Below are positions 52,333 to 62,891 of a stretch of 64,000 nt of DNA, piece by piece. The position numbers were made by a program, and so were the translations under genes. Location of the stretch: NCBI GenBank assembly GCA_963666285.1, contig OY762711.1. One strand, given 5' to 3'. The notes under the pieces were generated by a model. The model had not been told where the DNA came from and ran no database searches. It was given only the letters and a program-made list of their open reading frames with translations. Position 1 is the first letter of the stretch, and each line of letters begins with the position of its first letter. The DNA is from Sedimentisphaerales bacterium (GTDB lineage Bacteria > Planctomycetota > Phycisphaerae > Sedimentisphaerales > SM23-30).

Positions 52333-52956
52333 TTACGATCCATTATCTATCTCTTTTTCAACCAGCTTACTCTTGGCTATCTTGGCCCGACCTACCGCTG
52401 CCGCCATCTCATCTGAAAGCTGGATCTTGATCTTGCGAATATTTTCTTTCGCTTCCGGTATCTTTACCTTTTCAAACAAATTAACTCGCTGAATCAGCTT
52501 GGTTAACTCTTTCTGCAAAAGATCAAATTGACGCTGCAAGATTTCCATACGGGCATTACAGCGATTTACTTCTCGCAAATCTTCTATCGTATCATCTACC
52601 CAGGCCGGGGTAGCAAACAAGCTGTAGCTGGCTTCTTCAAAAACTACTTCTTCATAAACCGGAACGTTCACACCAGCTATATTACTCTGATGGGTCTTTA
52701 TCTCTTTGCATTCCGCCAGAGATTTTACATTAACACCGGCAACATCATTGGTAATGGAACTATACCGATCAAAGATCGCTTCAGCCTTCTTCTTCGCTTC
52801 TTCTGCCTCGTCACGCTGTTGAGAAATCTTACGCATTGTCATCTGCAGCATCTGCTGTTTCAGCTTCAGCATAGGCAGATACCTGGCAAATCTCTTCAGA
52901 TCGTCACGCTGACGCTTTAGCTCGGGCCTGGTAAATTTTATCTTTTTCTTTGCCAT
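52333..52956 (-). CDS. atpD: V-type ATPase subunit D
   Basis: RYLPMLKLK, QRVNLFEKVKIP. Confidence 0.93.
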   Translation of the reverse strand: MAKKKIKFTRPELKRQRDDLKRFARYLPMLKLKQQMLQMTMRKISQQRDEAEEAKKKAEAIFDRYSSITNDVAGVNVKSLAECKEIKTHQSNIAGVNVPVYEEVVFEEASYSLFATPAWVDDTIEDLREVNRCNARMEILQRQFDLLQKELTKLIQRVNLFEKVKIPEAKENIRKIKIQLSDEMAAAVGRAKIAKSKLVEKEIDNGS

Positions 52957-53095
52957 ATTTATAATACCTGGTTATCTGTTCCTGGTACTTAGTTAATACA
53001 ATTCAGTCTCAAGTCAAGTTCACTTTTGAGTTAGCTTAAAATCTGTTTCGCCTTGGCGAAATCAGCAAAACTTAACTCTTAGCTCTTCACTGACT

Positions 53096-54400
53096 TTAGC
53101 TTGCCAGTGGTTTCGGCCAGTGGTTTTCAATGATATTACGACGAATACCGATTTCTTCCGGCTCAAAACAATCCGCCAGCATTTCCCAGCAGCGATCCAA
53201 AGCGTCAAACAACGGAATATTCACTGACAGGTCCATAATACGCTCTTCAAACAGCTCACCATATCTGAGCAGACGACTATCCCATTTACTCATCTCAAAA
53301 CCCATATCGCGTTTTTCTCGAGCTTCACGACACTGTGCGTACAACTGTAAACACGCATCCATAATTGCTCGATGATCGTCACGGGTCTTGCCGTTTACCT
53401 GCTGTTTCAAACGACTCAAAGAACCAAACGGCTCGATTCGACCGTTTCGCAGGTAAAACTGACCTTCGGTAATATATCCGGTATTATCCGGTACCGGGTG
53501 TGTTACATCGTCACCAGGCATTGTTGTACATGTCAGCAGGGTCATTGAACCACTGCCGTCAAAGTCTACCGCCTTTTCATAACGACGTGCCAGCTGACTG
53601 TACAGGTCACCCGGATAACCACGGTTAGATGGAATCTGCTCCATAACAATCGCGATTTCCTTCATGGCGTCAGCAAAAGCTGTCATATCAGTAATCAGGA
53701 CAAGAACTTTCTTGTTCTGTAATGCAAAACTTTCACCTACCGCAAGGCACATGTCAGGAACCATCATACCTTCTACGATCGGGTCAGCCGCTGTATGAAT
53801 AAACATTATTGTACGGCCCAGTACGCCGCCTTCTTCAAACGCTTTTCGGAACTTCAGGTAGTCATCATTACGAAGACCTACACCGCCCAGGATAATTACA
53901 TCAGCATCAGCCTGCAGACCAACTCGGGCCAGCAGCTCATTGTACGGTTCACCCGCAACTGAGAAAATTGGTAGCTTCTGGGATTCTACCAGCGAGTTAA
54001 AGATATCGATCATTGGAATACCGGTCTGCACCATCTTGTCAGGCATACGACGCATAACTGGGTTTACCGCTGGTGAGCCTATCTCTATTCGCTCGGCTTC
54101 TACTTCCGGACGCCCGTCACGAGGCTTACCAGAACCGTCAAAAATCCGGCCCAGCAGGTCTTCGCTAAACGGTACATCCATCGCCTTGCCAAGAAAACGT
54201 ACACGGTCACCGGTCGATACGCCCTGCGTACCGCCAAAAACCTGTAAGCTCACTCGCTCACCCTGAATATGCACTACCTGTGCCATTGATGTGCCGTGGC
54301 TGCTGGTTACTATTGCAAGTTCTTCATAACTTACATTATCAGCGATTACTGTTACCACATTACCGGCAATACGTACTATTTCGTCGTAATACTTTCTCAT
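53096..54400 (-). CDS. atpB: V-type ATPase subunit B
   Basis: [34 protein letters not shown]. Confidence 0.96.
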   Translation of the reverse strand: MRKYYDEIVRIAGNVVTVIADNVSYEELAIVTSSHGTSMAQVVHIQGERVSLQVFGGTQGVSTGDRVRFLGKAMDVPFSEDLLGRIFDGSGKPRDGRPEVEAERIEIGSPAVNPVMRRMPDKMVQTGIPMIDIFNSLVESQKLPIFSVAGEPYNELLARVGLQADADVIILGGVGLRNDDYLKFRKAFEEGGVLGRTIMFIHTAADPIVEGMMVPDMCLAVGESFALQNKKVLVLITDMTAFADAMKEIAIVMEQIPSNRGYPGDLYSQLARRYEKAVDFDGSGSMTLLTCTTMPGDDVTHPVPDNTGYITEGQFYLRNGRIEPFGSLSRLKQQVNGKTRDDHRAIMDACLQLYAQCREAREKRDMGFEMSKWDSRLLRYGELFEERIMDLSVNIPLFDALDRCWEMLADCFEPEEIGIRRNIIENHWPKPLAS

Positions 54401-54505
54401 CGCATGAGTTTCCTGAAATTTATATTTCCAATTTTAGTCTAAAACTATATTATTCTAATCTTATCAGCCCGCCTCTGGCGGTTCTTCAACTATTAGTTAT
54501 TTAGT

Positions 54506-56236
54506 TTATCCTCGCCCTTTGCTCTCGATAAACTTCTCGATCTTGGCCAGCGACTTCTTAAATTCTTCGCTATCTGTCGCTTCATAGTTCCAGTTACGGA
54601 ACGTATCGGTAATTCCTACCATAGTCTTACGTGCTATTTCCTTATCATCGAAGTCAAAATCTGCTTCCATGATCTCCATAACTTTTCCGAACAACAGCTT
54701 CTGGCGTTCGGCAGGACAGGCTGAATCTACTTCATCAAATGAATTCTGCTGCAGGTATACCGCATCGAAAAATTCTGCTTTATGCATCGTTGTATAGTCT
54801 GAGGTACTCGTTCCTTCCTCACCTACAACTGTCATCATCTGTTTGATCTCATTTCCGCGACGAAGGATATCAACTGATCTTGTCACCATATCAGGATCAA
54901 TAATTCCGCCATACTTGGTCCATGAATCCAGCGGGTCAATCGCTGGATAACGACGGGCATCGGAACGAGCTCGGTTCAAACCTAAAAACGCTCCCACTAC
55001 CTTCAAAGTACCCTGAGTTACAGGCTCTTCAAAGTTACCACCGGCAGGTGATACTGTTCCGCCAATTGTCAGTGAACCTCTGCTGCCGTCTTTTAGTTCC
55101 AGCATTCCGGCACGTTCATAAAAACTCGCGATACGACTTTCTAGATACGCCGGGAAGGCTTCTTCACCTGGAATTTCTTCCAAACGACCTGATACTTCTC
55201 GCATCGCCTGGGCCCAACGTGATGTGGAGTCTGCCAGCAGCAGGACATTCAAGCCCATCTGGCGATAGTATTCGCCCAGAGTCGCTGCTGTATAAACCGA
55301 CGCTTCACGAGCCGCTACCGGCATAGCTGAGGTATTACAAATAATGATTGTTCGTTCCATCAATGGCTTACCAGTACGTGGGTCTTCCAGTTCTGGGAAC
55401 TCACGAAGGGTTTCCACAACCTCACCGGCACGCTCACCGCATGCCGCGACAATCACGATGTCTACATCGGCATAACGCGAGATTACCTGCTGCAATACTG
55501 TCTTACCGGCACCAAACGGACCTGGAATACAGAATGTACCGCCTAGTACCACAGGGAAAGTCGTATCGATAATACGTGTCTGCGTTACCATCGGAACTTC
55601 TGGCAGTAAACGCTCTTTACATATATTCAAAGCTCGTTTTACCGGCCACTGCTGCTGCATCGCAACTGATATTGTCTCACCTGTTGAATCTTTCAGGACC
55701 GCTATTTCCTGATCTACGGTATAATCGCCGCCAGACGATACTGATTCTACTGTCAGCTCGCCCTTAACCAGAAGGTTAAACGGTACCATTATCTTATGAG
55801 TAAACAAGCCCTCAGGTACTGTTCCCAGCATATCGCCGGCTGATACCTTGTCACCTGCTGAGACTGTCGGGGTAAATGACCATTTGACATCTTTCTTCAA
55901 ACCTGGTAGATAGTTACCTGGTTTTAGGAAAAAGCCGACTTTCTCTGACAGGGCTACCAATGGGTTCTGCAAACCGTCATAAATCTGCCCCAATAGGCCG
56001 GGACCCAATGTTACAGACAACATCTCATCCTGGAACTCGATCTTATCACCAACCTTTAGGCCGCGTGTTTCTTCAAATACCTGCAAGTCACATTGATTGC
56101 CGCGAACTCGAATTGTTTCACTTAACAGTCTTGTGCCATCCTCGCGTACACAGTATGCCGTTGAGTTCTGCACAACTTTGTCACTAGTCTCTGCAACCAC
56201 CAGGTTACCGTAAACAGCTACTATTTTGCCATCCAC
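54506..56236 (-). CDS. atpA: V-type ATPase subunit A
   Basis: GPFGAGKT, CGERAGE, DSTSRWAQA, PGEEAFPAYL. Confidence 0.96.
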   Translation of the reverse strand: MDGKIVAVYGNLVVAETSDKVVQNSTAYCVREDGTRLLSETIRVRGNQCDLQVFEETRGLKVGDKIEFQDEMLSVTLGPGLLGQIYDGLQNPLVALSEKVGFFLKPGNYLPGLKKDVKWSFTPTVSAGDKVSAGDMLGTVPEGLFTHKIMVPFNLLVKGELTVESVSSGGDYTVDQEIAVLKDSTGETISVAMQQQWPVKRALNICKERLLPEVPMVTQTRIIDTTFPVVLGGTFCIPGPFGAGKTVLQQVISRYADVDIVIVAACGERAGEVVETLREFPELEDPRTGKPLMERTIIICNTSAMPVAAREASVYTAATLGEYYRQMGLNVLLLADSTSRWAQAMREVSGRLEEIPGEEAFPAYLESRIASFYERAGMLELKDGSRGSLTIGGTVSPAGGNFEEPVTQGTLKVVGAFLGLNRARSDARRYPAIDPLDSWTKYGGIIDPDMVTRSVDILRRGNEIKQMMTVVGEEGTSTSDYTTMHKAEFFDAVYLQQNSFDEVDSACPAERQKLLFGKVMEIMEADFDFDDKEIARKTMVGITDTFRNWNYEATDSEEFKKSLAKIEKFIESKGRG

Positions 56237-56289
56237 TGGTCAGTACCTCACGTTATAACAGTTATAATTACTAAACAAAAAAAATGTGA

Positions 56290-56967
56290 TCAACTCGCTG
56301 CGGTTACTTTTCCACTGAGTCGTTCCCATCTCTTCAACAATAAAAGCCTGGCACCATATACTACCAGCTCATCATATGTAAACTTAAACCAGCTGTCATT
56401 TTCCGCCAGCCAGTTCCATCTTGCCTTATCCAATACCATCATACCGGCCATCGGGTTCTCCGCTCCCGACCATTCATTGATCAAAGAACTGAAATCCTGA
56501 TCTCCTGACAGATCACGGGCGACATAAAATTCTTCCGGATCCAGCGACAGCTTCCTTGCTCGGGCGGTTATCAAGGCATTTCTCAATCCCACTTCGTAAC
56601 CTATCCATAATTTCAGGAACTCACAACCATAATCGTTCGCAGTCTTCCAGGCATATCTGAAATAATCTTCCCACATCGCATCTGGTTTATCATATCCAGC
56701 TGTTATGGTAAGATATTCTGGCAGATCCTCTTCACCAATTGCCTGCATCTCGGTCAAAACTGATGGACTGACATGCTCGATTTCTTGTGCCTTTAAAGCC
56801 TGTACCTGCACCAGATCGTCACTCAACAACACTGATTTTACCAGGTCGTAGGCAACTGCACTTTCATCAACCAGATCAAGATATTCAGACCCGGTCACTG
56901 GGGCATCACTGCCAAGTTCCTCCAGTGAAGGTAATGAAGTTATCAAATAATAAAACTGGCCGGCCAT
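56290..56967 (-). CDS. V-type ATPase C-like subunit (DUF2764-like)
   Basis: YYLITSLPSL N-terminus; position between E and A. Confidence 0.75.
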   Translation of the reverse strand: MAGQFYYLITSLPSLEELGSDAPVTGSEYLDLVDESAVAYDLVKSVLLSDDLVQVQALKAQEIEHVSPSVLTEMQAIGEEDLPEYLTITAGYDKPDAMWEDYFRYAWKTANDYGCEFLKLWIGYEVGLRNALITARARKLSLDPEEFYVARDLSGDQDFSSLINEWSGAENPMAGMMVLDKARWNWLAENDSWFKFTYDELVVYGARLLLLKRWERLSGKVTAAS

Positions 56968-57034
56968 ATGACTGTTATACTCCTATAGATTACCAATTTA
57001 ACTTTCCAATTTATGCCTGAATACGAATACTCGC

Positions 57035-57652
57035 TTATTTCGCGGCATCAAATATCTCACGAAGCTTAGGACCTACCAAAGACATCAGCAATTCGGTTAC
57101 TGATTCCTGAGTCATCTCAACAGTTGCACCTGTTAAATTGTACTCAAAACCGGACTGCTTCAATGTGCCTTTAAGGTCAACACAAACACCGTCTTTCTTG
57201 GCATGTTTGCGGATCTGCTTTACCGCCCACTCTGCTAAAGCATGATATTGCTCGTCTTGAAGGGTAAGCTTTACATCGCCCGTTCCTTCAATGTCGGCTT
57301 CTACATACTTCATCATAATATCTGTAAGCACTGTCCTCAGAAACTCTGTATCATTCAATGCTTCATCTACCGGACCGGCTATTACTGCCTCCAGCGATTT
57401 TGCCAGAGTCTCACGAAGCTTCATTGCTGAATCGCGAGCAGCAAGCTCCAATTCGGTATTACTGCGAGCCAGGATATCTTCGCCCTGCTTCTTGGCGGCT
57501 GCAATTATCTTTTCAGCTTCGGATTTTGCATCTGCAACTATCTTTTCTGCTTCTGATTTTGCATCACCAACAATACTGTCAGCTTCTTTACGACCCTGCT
57601 CTACGCCTTCGGTTTTTAGTTTTGCAACAAAGGATTCAATTGTTTCGGCCAT
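57035..57652 (-). CDS. atpE: V-type ATPase subunit E
   Basis: KLKTEGVEQG followed by AKSEAEKI coiled-coil repeats; first gene of the operon. Confidence 0.85.
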   Translation of the reverse strand: MAETIESFVAKLKTEGVEQGRKEADSIVGDAKSEAEKIVADAKSEAEKIIAAAKKQGEDILARSNTELELAARDSAMKLRETLAKSLEAVIAGPVDEALNDTEFLRTVLTDIMMKYVEADIEGTGDVKLTLQDEQYHALAEWAVKQIRKHAKKDGVCVDLKGTLKQSGFEYNLTGATVEMTQESVTELLMSLVGPKLREIFDAAK

Positions 57653-58150
57653 TTTTCAGCTCCGAATACTTACATTAAGTTATTGTTATATTCTACCGGA
57701 TTATTACCCGGTACACTTGTTTATTTGCGACACCGTTCTACTATCTCGTCACTATTTCATATAACCTTTAAGGTTTCACAAAAATGTAACAGTTTCATGC
57801 ACGCTTTCACTATGTAAACGTACATTAACCCTCATATATTAAACGATTTACAGCTTAATCCCCCGATTGCTACTTTCTGTAATATTTTCTCTCTATTCTT
57901 ACTCTTAATTGTTATGGGTCTTAACTTTAGCGGTAATTTAAGTAAATTGCAATGATTATTCTGCTTATTTTGATAAATTTTTCTCAATTAAAAATACAGT
58001 AAATTATCCGGACGAATTTATACTATTGTCATATTTCTTGATAATCTTTGTTTATCGCTTTTCAGGGCTGTTTATGCAAAAATAAGCCAACCTCCATCAT
58101 TATTCATGTGAAAAGTTGGCTTTATGTTTTTATAAAAATATTTTTACTAC

Positions 58151-58296
58151 AGGGTGCTTCCGAAAATTGCTTTTGATACCATAGTTTAAGACTTTGGTTG
58201 CTGACAAGGAACATAGAATCGTGAATATTAGGCTATATTTACTGATATATTTGACGCGTGTCAGCAGGCAAAAAAAACTAGTCGCTCAAAATTAAT
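58151..58296. repeat. MITE-like palindromic element B, copy 1 (right end degenerate)
   Basis: Aligns in direct orientation with 62529-62694. Confidence 0.8.
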
Positions 58297-58413
58297 CAAT
58301 TCTTATGTGTAAGCTAACAATTAGCTTCCTGATAAACATCGGGATTTCCTTAACTTATTTCTTATTACTTTCTTTTGGTTGCGGCTTGCTCTTGTATTCA
58401 TCAAACCTGCATA

Positions 58414-59931
58414 TCAGTATCGATCGTTCCCATGCGATTCAATACCCTTAAAACCATAGCATTTGCAGATTTTATAAGTTTGTATCGCTCGCCCGTAAAT
58501 ATCTGTAATCGGACAATCCTCTACTTCAACCCGATCAAACAGCTCATATACTATATCCTTTATCCCTTTTCGAGGGATAAATATTGCGTTTTCACCTTTT
58601 TTCTCATTTAGATCCTGCCAGAGATCATATTGATTCATCCTGGTATTTCCGGTGTTAATATAATATACCTCTGGATTACCTTCACAATAAAAAGCCATCT
58701 CAGCTGTCACCATATAATAATCAGTCAGGACAAAAAACGGCGATTCCATCTCTGCCCGTTTGGCATCTGCCGCACTGGCCAGTTGCCGCCATCCGGTTAG
58801 CTTTCTTACCGGGTTAAGATCATTTGGCCACGGAACCAGCTCGACCAAAAACGGCATATGCAAAATTATCATTATTACCGCCGGAATACTCACAGCCGAA
58901 CGGGACAAATTACGCCATCGGTTCTTAACATCCAGTTCCAGGTAACCAGAAACAAAATAATCTGCCATTGGTACAATGCCCGCTATCCATGCCGTGGCAA
59001 CCCAGTTCGGCTGAACCTTACCCTGGATACTTTTTATCAGGAAACATATAAGTATGGGTATGCAAAACCAGAAACCCAGAGAGTAGCTCTTCCGTTTTAT
59101 TATCAGCAGAACAACTATCAATACCGCTGTCACCGGCGTAACTATCATTAATTGACCGCCCAGGAAACTGATTAAATAACCAAAGGAAAAACTAACCCCT
59201 TCGGCAATATTTGTATGCCCCAGGTCATGCCTGAATGTTACCCAGTTGTTTTGACTGTTCCAATATATAACCGGGATAAAAAAAACGAAACTGGACAGAA
59301 TTGATATATAAGGCCATGGCCCCCGCAAAGCCTTTCTGCCATTCTCACTAAAAAACATGTACAAAAACGCCGGTACGATAAAAAATACTATCGCATACTT
59401 ACATAACATTGCCAGCCCGATCGAGACAGTTAACCCTGCCCAATATCGCTTTCTGCCTTTCTCTACTGCCTGGTAAAAAAACAGCAAACTCCAGCACCAG
59501 AACATTATGAGCGGTGAATCCGGCGTCATACCGATTCCATATAGGCCAAAAGCCGGTACAACCTGGAATAATACTGCCGCGATACAACCAGTGCGTTCAT
59601 TATACATTTCCTTTCCCAAAAGGTACATTGCAATTGATGCAATAAAGGAACAGACTATTGCCATGAAACGAACGCCTAATTCATTATTGCCGAATATATG
59701 GGTACCTGCATATATAAGTGCTGCAACCCCCGGCGGCTTGGAATAAAAACACCAATCCATCCTGCGTGACCAGTCCCAGTATTGAGCTTCATCCCCACTG
59801 AGCTCTACCAGCCCCAACGCCTGTATCAATATCCGGAAAAAGGCTGTTATAGACAAAAATATCAACATCACTTTCAATGAGCTGTATTTTCCCAAAAATA
59901 TCTCTTTTACTTTACTATCTATTATTTTCAT
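58414..59931 (-). CDS. ArnT/PMT-like (GT-C) glycosyltransferase
   Basis: DEAQYWDWSR, YSKPPG, TPDSPL, CKY; polytopic. Confidence 0.88.
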   Translation of the reverse strand: MKIIDSKVKEIFLGKYSSLKVMLIFLSITAFFRILIQALGLVELSGDEAQYWDWSRRMDWCFYSKPPGVAALIYAGTHIFGNNELGVRFMAIVCSFIASIAMYLLGKEMYNERTGCIAAVLFQVVPAFGLYGIGMTPDSPLIMFWCWSLLFFYQAVEKGRKRYWAGLTVSIGLAMLCKYAIVFFIVPAFLYMFFSENGRKALRGPWPYISILSSFVFFIPVIYWNSQNNWVTFRHDLGHTNIAEGVSFSFGYLISFLGGQLMIVTPVTAVLIVVLLIIKRKSYSLGFWFCIPILICFLIKSIQGKVQPNWVATAWIAGIVPMADYFVSGYLELDVKNRWRNLSRSAVSIPAVIMIILHMPFLVELVPWPNDLNPVRKLTGWRQLASAADAKRAEMESPFFVLTDYYMVTAEMAFYCEGNPEVYYINTGNTRMNQYDLWQDLNEKKGENAIFIPRKGIKDIVYELFDRVEVEDCPITDIYGRAIQTYKICKCYGFKGIESHGNDRY

Positions 59932-59948
59932 TTTCTGACTGTTTCAAG

Positions 59949-61040
59949 CTATGGCATTTGCGCTTTTTGCACAACAACATTCTTCGAGACACCATTTTCC
60001 AGATTTGACAATCTGTATCTCTGGTAAATTTCTTTATCTGGTAAAACAACCAGGGTCCCTTCAAATTCAGGAGAACCCTGCCTGGCAAAACTGTGGTCTT
60101 CTTTTTCCAGCATATCTATATAGAATTCATAATTACCCGGTTCATCCGGTACCTGTATTGTATGACACACATTGACACTTTCACCAGGTTCTAGATCTTC
60201 AGATTTCAGCAGTGTACAGGTACTGTATTTCTCCCTTGGCTCCAGTATTTCATTGCTTTCTTTTATACGCGTAAACAGCCTGAACCTGCGATCTGTATCT
60301 CCCGCGGGAATTGTCTCGTCAGATAAATTTGTTACCTTCACCTGAAATTCTGACATCCCACCCGGCTCTGTATATATTACTTCTTTTGCCTTATACCCTA
60401 CATAAAAATAATCCGGATGATAGATACGCCTTGCCCATTCCTCAAAATATATTCTATCATCAATATTATGGCTGGTTTTATCGCAATATTCTTCATAATC
60501 TGCAAAGATATTACTTATATGCTGCCCGGTTCCATTCCTGTTCTTCCATGGTCCCGGCATCACGAACGATTGCTTCTTAGCTTCTGTATAAGTATCAAAG
60601 CCAAGCAGCCATGAGGCAAGAGCTGACGCCGTCCCCGACCGGTCAACACCATGATTGCAATGCAGCAAAACCGGCATCTCTATACTATCTATGACATCCA
60701 GCAGCTCTACCAGCCTGTCACTCGGTATCTTTTTATAAGCGTTAAGCTTAACGTATAATATATTTATGTTTTTACCATCACAGACTTTCGCTTCATCTTC
60801 TGCCTGCGGAGCCGTCGGCCCCCTCAGATCAACCACTGTTTTAAGTTTATATTTATCAATCCATTCTGCTAGCTGGCTCATTTCCGGCTGACCGGAACGA
60901 TAGATTTTATCCGCAACTACAACCTTAAAGTTATTGCATGTATAATATCTATAATACAATGAACTCACCGCTGCAATCACAATCAGTATTATAACTGCTT
61001 TTATATAAAATTTATACTTTGTATTAAATATCGAATTCAT
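59949..61040 (-). CDS. Membrane-anchored cysteine-dependent (PTP/DSP-like) phosphatase with C-terminal Ig-like domain
   Basis: IYRSGQP, VVDLRG, HCNHGVDRSG (CX5R). Confidence 0.85.
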   Translation of the reverse strand: MNSIFNTKYKFYIKAVIILIVIAAVSSLYYRYYTCNNFKVVVADKIYRSGQPEMSQLAEWIDKYKLKTVVDLRGPTAPQAEDEAKVCDGKNINILYVKLNAYKKIPSDRLVELLDVIDSIEMPVLLHCNHGVDRSGTASALASWLLGFDTYTEAKKQSFVMPGPWKNRNGTGQHISNIFADYEEYCDKTSHNIDDRIYFEEWARRIYHPDYFYVGYKAKEVIYTEPGGMSEFQVKVTNLSDETIPAGDTDRRFRLFTRIKESNEILEPREKYSTCTLLKSEDLEPGESVNVCHTIQVPDEPGNYEFYIDMLEKEDHSFARQGSPEFEGTLVVLPDKEIYQRYRLSNLENGVSKNVVVQKAQMP

Positions 61041-61075
61041 TATTCTATCAGATCAAATTTTAATCTGTCCTTTTA

Positions 61076-62524
61076 TTAGTACGATTCTATCAGAGTATAT
61101 TCCCCTTCACTTGCAATGCAGTATTTGCGTTTGCGTATTTTTTCAGGCAATTTACTGTAACTCTTCTTACTGATTACACATAATGAGTTATCTAAATTTT
61201 CGATATGATCTAAACTTTCAGATACAGATTCGTCCGGATGTGGCACAACCTTATCTTTGGCATAAAAGTACGCCGAATAAGGCACATCATGTACAAAATA
61301 TATTCTAGCTCCATCAGATATATTTTTACAAATATCAATAATATCTTTTGTTGATTTATTCTGAGATATTACCGGGGCTGCAATTAATAAGGCAATTGCC
61401 GTACCCACACATAAGACAAAAGCATGACTACTGAAGGAATGACGTTTTACATTTTTCGACTCATCCTGTTTTTGTATCAAAAACGCCAGCCAAACAGCAA
61501 ATGCCGGTACTAGCGGAAACAGATAAGTCATTAGTAACTGGCGTGCCATCGACCACAATAAAGTATCCGCTGCCACAATAAATAAGAAGAAATTCATATA
61601 CTCGTTATTGAGAATTTGTTTTATTGAATAGAATCTCCGGCAATGAAACATCCTGAATATCGCATAAAAACTCCATGGACTTGCCGCTGCCAGCATCATC
61701 AAAATCGCTGTACCGCGAATATGTTCGTGTCCGCTGCCGTATTTATCTCCATAATCACGAACAACGAACCTGAGAAAGTTCTCGTTTACAAAAAAGTACT
61801 TTATAAAACCGGGATTCTTTATCTCCGCCAAAACAAACCACGGCGCTGTTATAAGTAGAAAAATTCCAAAACCGGTCAGCCAGGCATGGTGCTTCAAATC
61901 ACCTGACCGGCGATAATATACTGTCCAGGCAAAAACAGGTACGCCAAATAAAAGTATCGCTACCGGACCTTTTACCATAAAGCCTATCGCTAGAAACAGA
62001 AATACTGTCCGACTCCATTTTTTTCGCAACTTTATATCTGGTTCCTTAATAAAAGCAAAATATGCAAAATATGCTCCTGCAACCCCCAGCGATAGCATTA
62101 AATCAACTATAACAAATCCGCTCGCCGCAAATATCACAACGCTGGATAATAACAAAAACACTGCTCGCCAGGCTATCTCTGTGCTTATATATTTCCTTAT
62201 TATAATGAACATTATTAGGAGAATGTTTACAAATGATAAAAATCCCGGTAACCTCGCGGCAAATTCGTTCTGACCAAAATATTTCATACATATTGCACTG
62301 CTCCAGAAAAACAGCGGCGGCTTTCCCAGAAATGGTACCAGCTCCCCATTATGCCATAATTTGGGTGTTATCCAGTTGTCATAATCCACTATATTCTTGG
62401 CAATACCGGCATATCGGCCCTCGGTCGTATCGACAAAAGAAAAAGCCGGCAGCGTTACTGCTCTTATCATTAACAATAGAGCAATAATATATATGTATTT
62501 TTTATGTTGTTTATTTTTTTCCAT
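61076..62524 (-). CDS. ArnT-like glycosyltransferase
   Basis: DTTEGRYAGIA, FLGKPPLFFW, EFAARLP, VKGPVA, ENFLRF. Confidence 0.9.
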   Translation of the reverse strand: MEKNKQHKKYIYIIALLLMIRAVTLPAFSFVDTTEGRYAGIAKNIVDYDNWITPKLWHNGELVPFLGKPPLFFWSSAICMKYFGQNEFAARLPGFLSFVNILLIMFIIIRKYISTEIAWRAVFLLLSSVVIFAASGFVIVDLMLSLGVAGAYFAYFAFIKEPDIKLRKKWSRTVFLFLAIGFMVKGPVAILLFGVPVFAWTVYYRRSGDLKHHAWLTGFGIFLLITAPWFVLAEIKNPGFIKYFFVNENFLRFVVRDYGDKYGSGHEHIRGTAILMMLAAASPWSFYAIFRMFHCRRFYSIKQILNNEYMNFFLFIVAADTLLWSMARQLLMTYLFPLVPAFAVWLAFLIQKQDESKNVKRHSFSSHAFVLCVGTAIALLIAAPVISQNKSTKDIIDICKNISDGARIYFVHDVPYSAYFYAKDKVVPHPDESVSESLDHIENLDNSLCVISKKSYSKLPEKIRKRKYCIASEGEYTLIESY

Positions 62525-62528
62525 CTTT

Positions 62529-62694
62529 AGGGGACCTCTGGAAATTGCTTTTGATGCGATAGTTTAAGATTTTGGTTGCTGACAAGGAACATAAAATCGT
62601 GCATATTGGGCTATATTCACCGTTTTATGTGACACATGTCAGCAGGCAAAAGAAAAACTTGTCGCTCAAAATGAATTTTCTGAGGTTTCCTTTA
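62529..62694. repeat. MITE-like palindromic element B, copy 2
   Basis: Imperfect terminal inverted repeats GGACCTCTGGAAATT / AATTTTCTGAGGTTTCC; nested palindromes GCTGACA..TGTCAGC and ACATAAAA..TTTTATGT. Confidence 0.8.
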
Positions 62695-62854
62695 GTTAAC
62701 TTTCGCACTTTTCAGGTTGCATAAAACGCCCAAAAGGGCCTTCCTGTTGCTTCTTGAATTAAATGCAAGTACGGTAAAAATTTAAATGCTGTCAAATTCA
62801 TTCACAAGGCCCTGTTCTGGCCTTTGCGGATAAGGTTGAACAGTTAAAAGTACG
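62695..62854 (-). repeat. Element A, copy abutting element B
   Basis: Reverse complement shares CGCAAAGGCCAGAACAGGGCCTTGTGAATGAA, CATTTAATTCAA, CAGGAAGGCCCTTTT and TGCGAAAGT with 8845-9044. Confidence 0.8.
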
Positions 62855-62891
62855 CCTTGTATAAGATGCGAAGCATAAAGCGTACCTTTAA

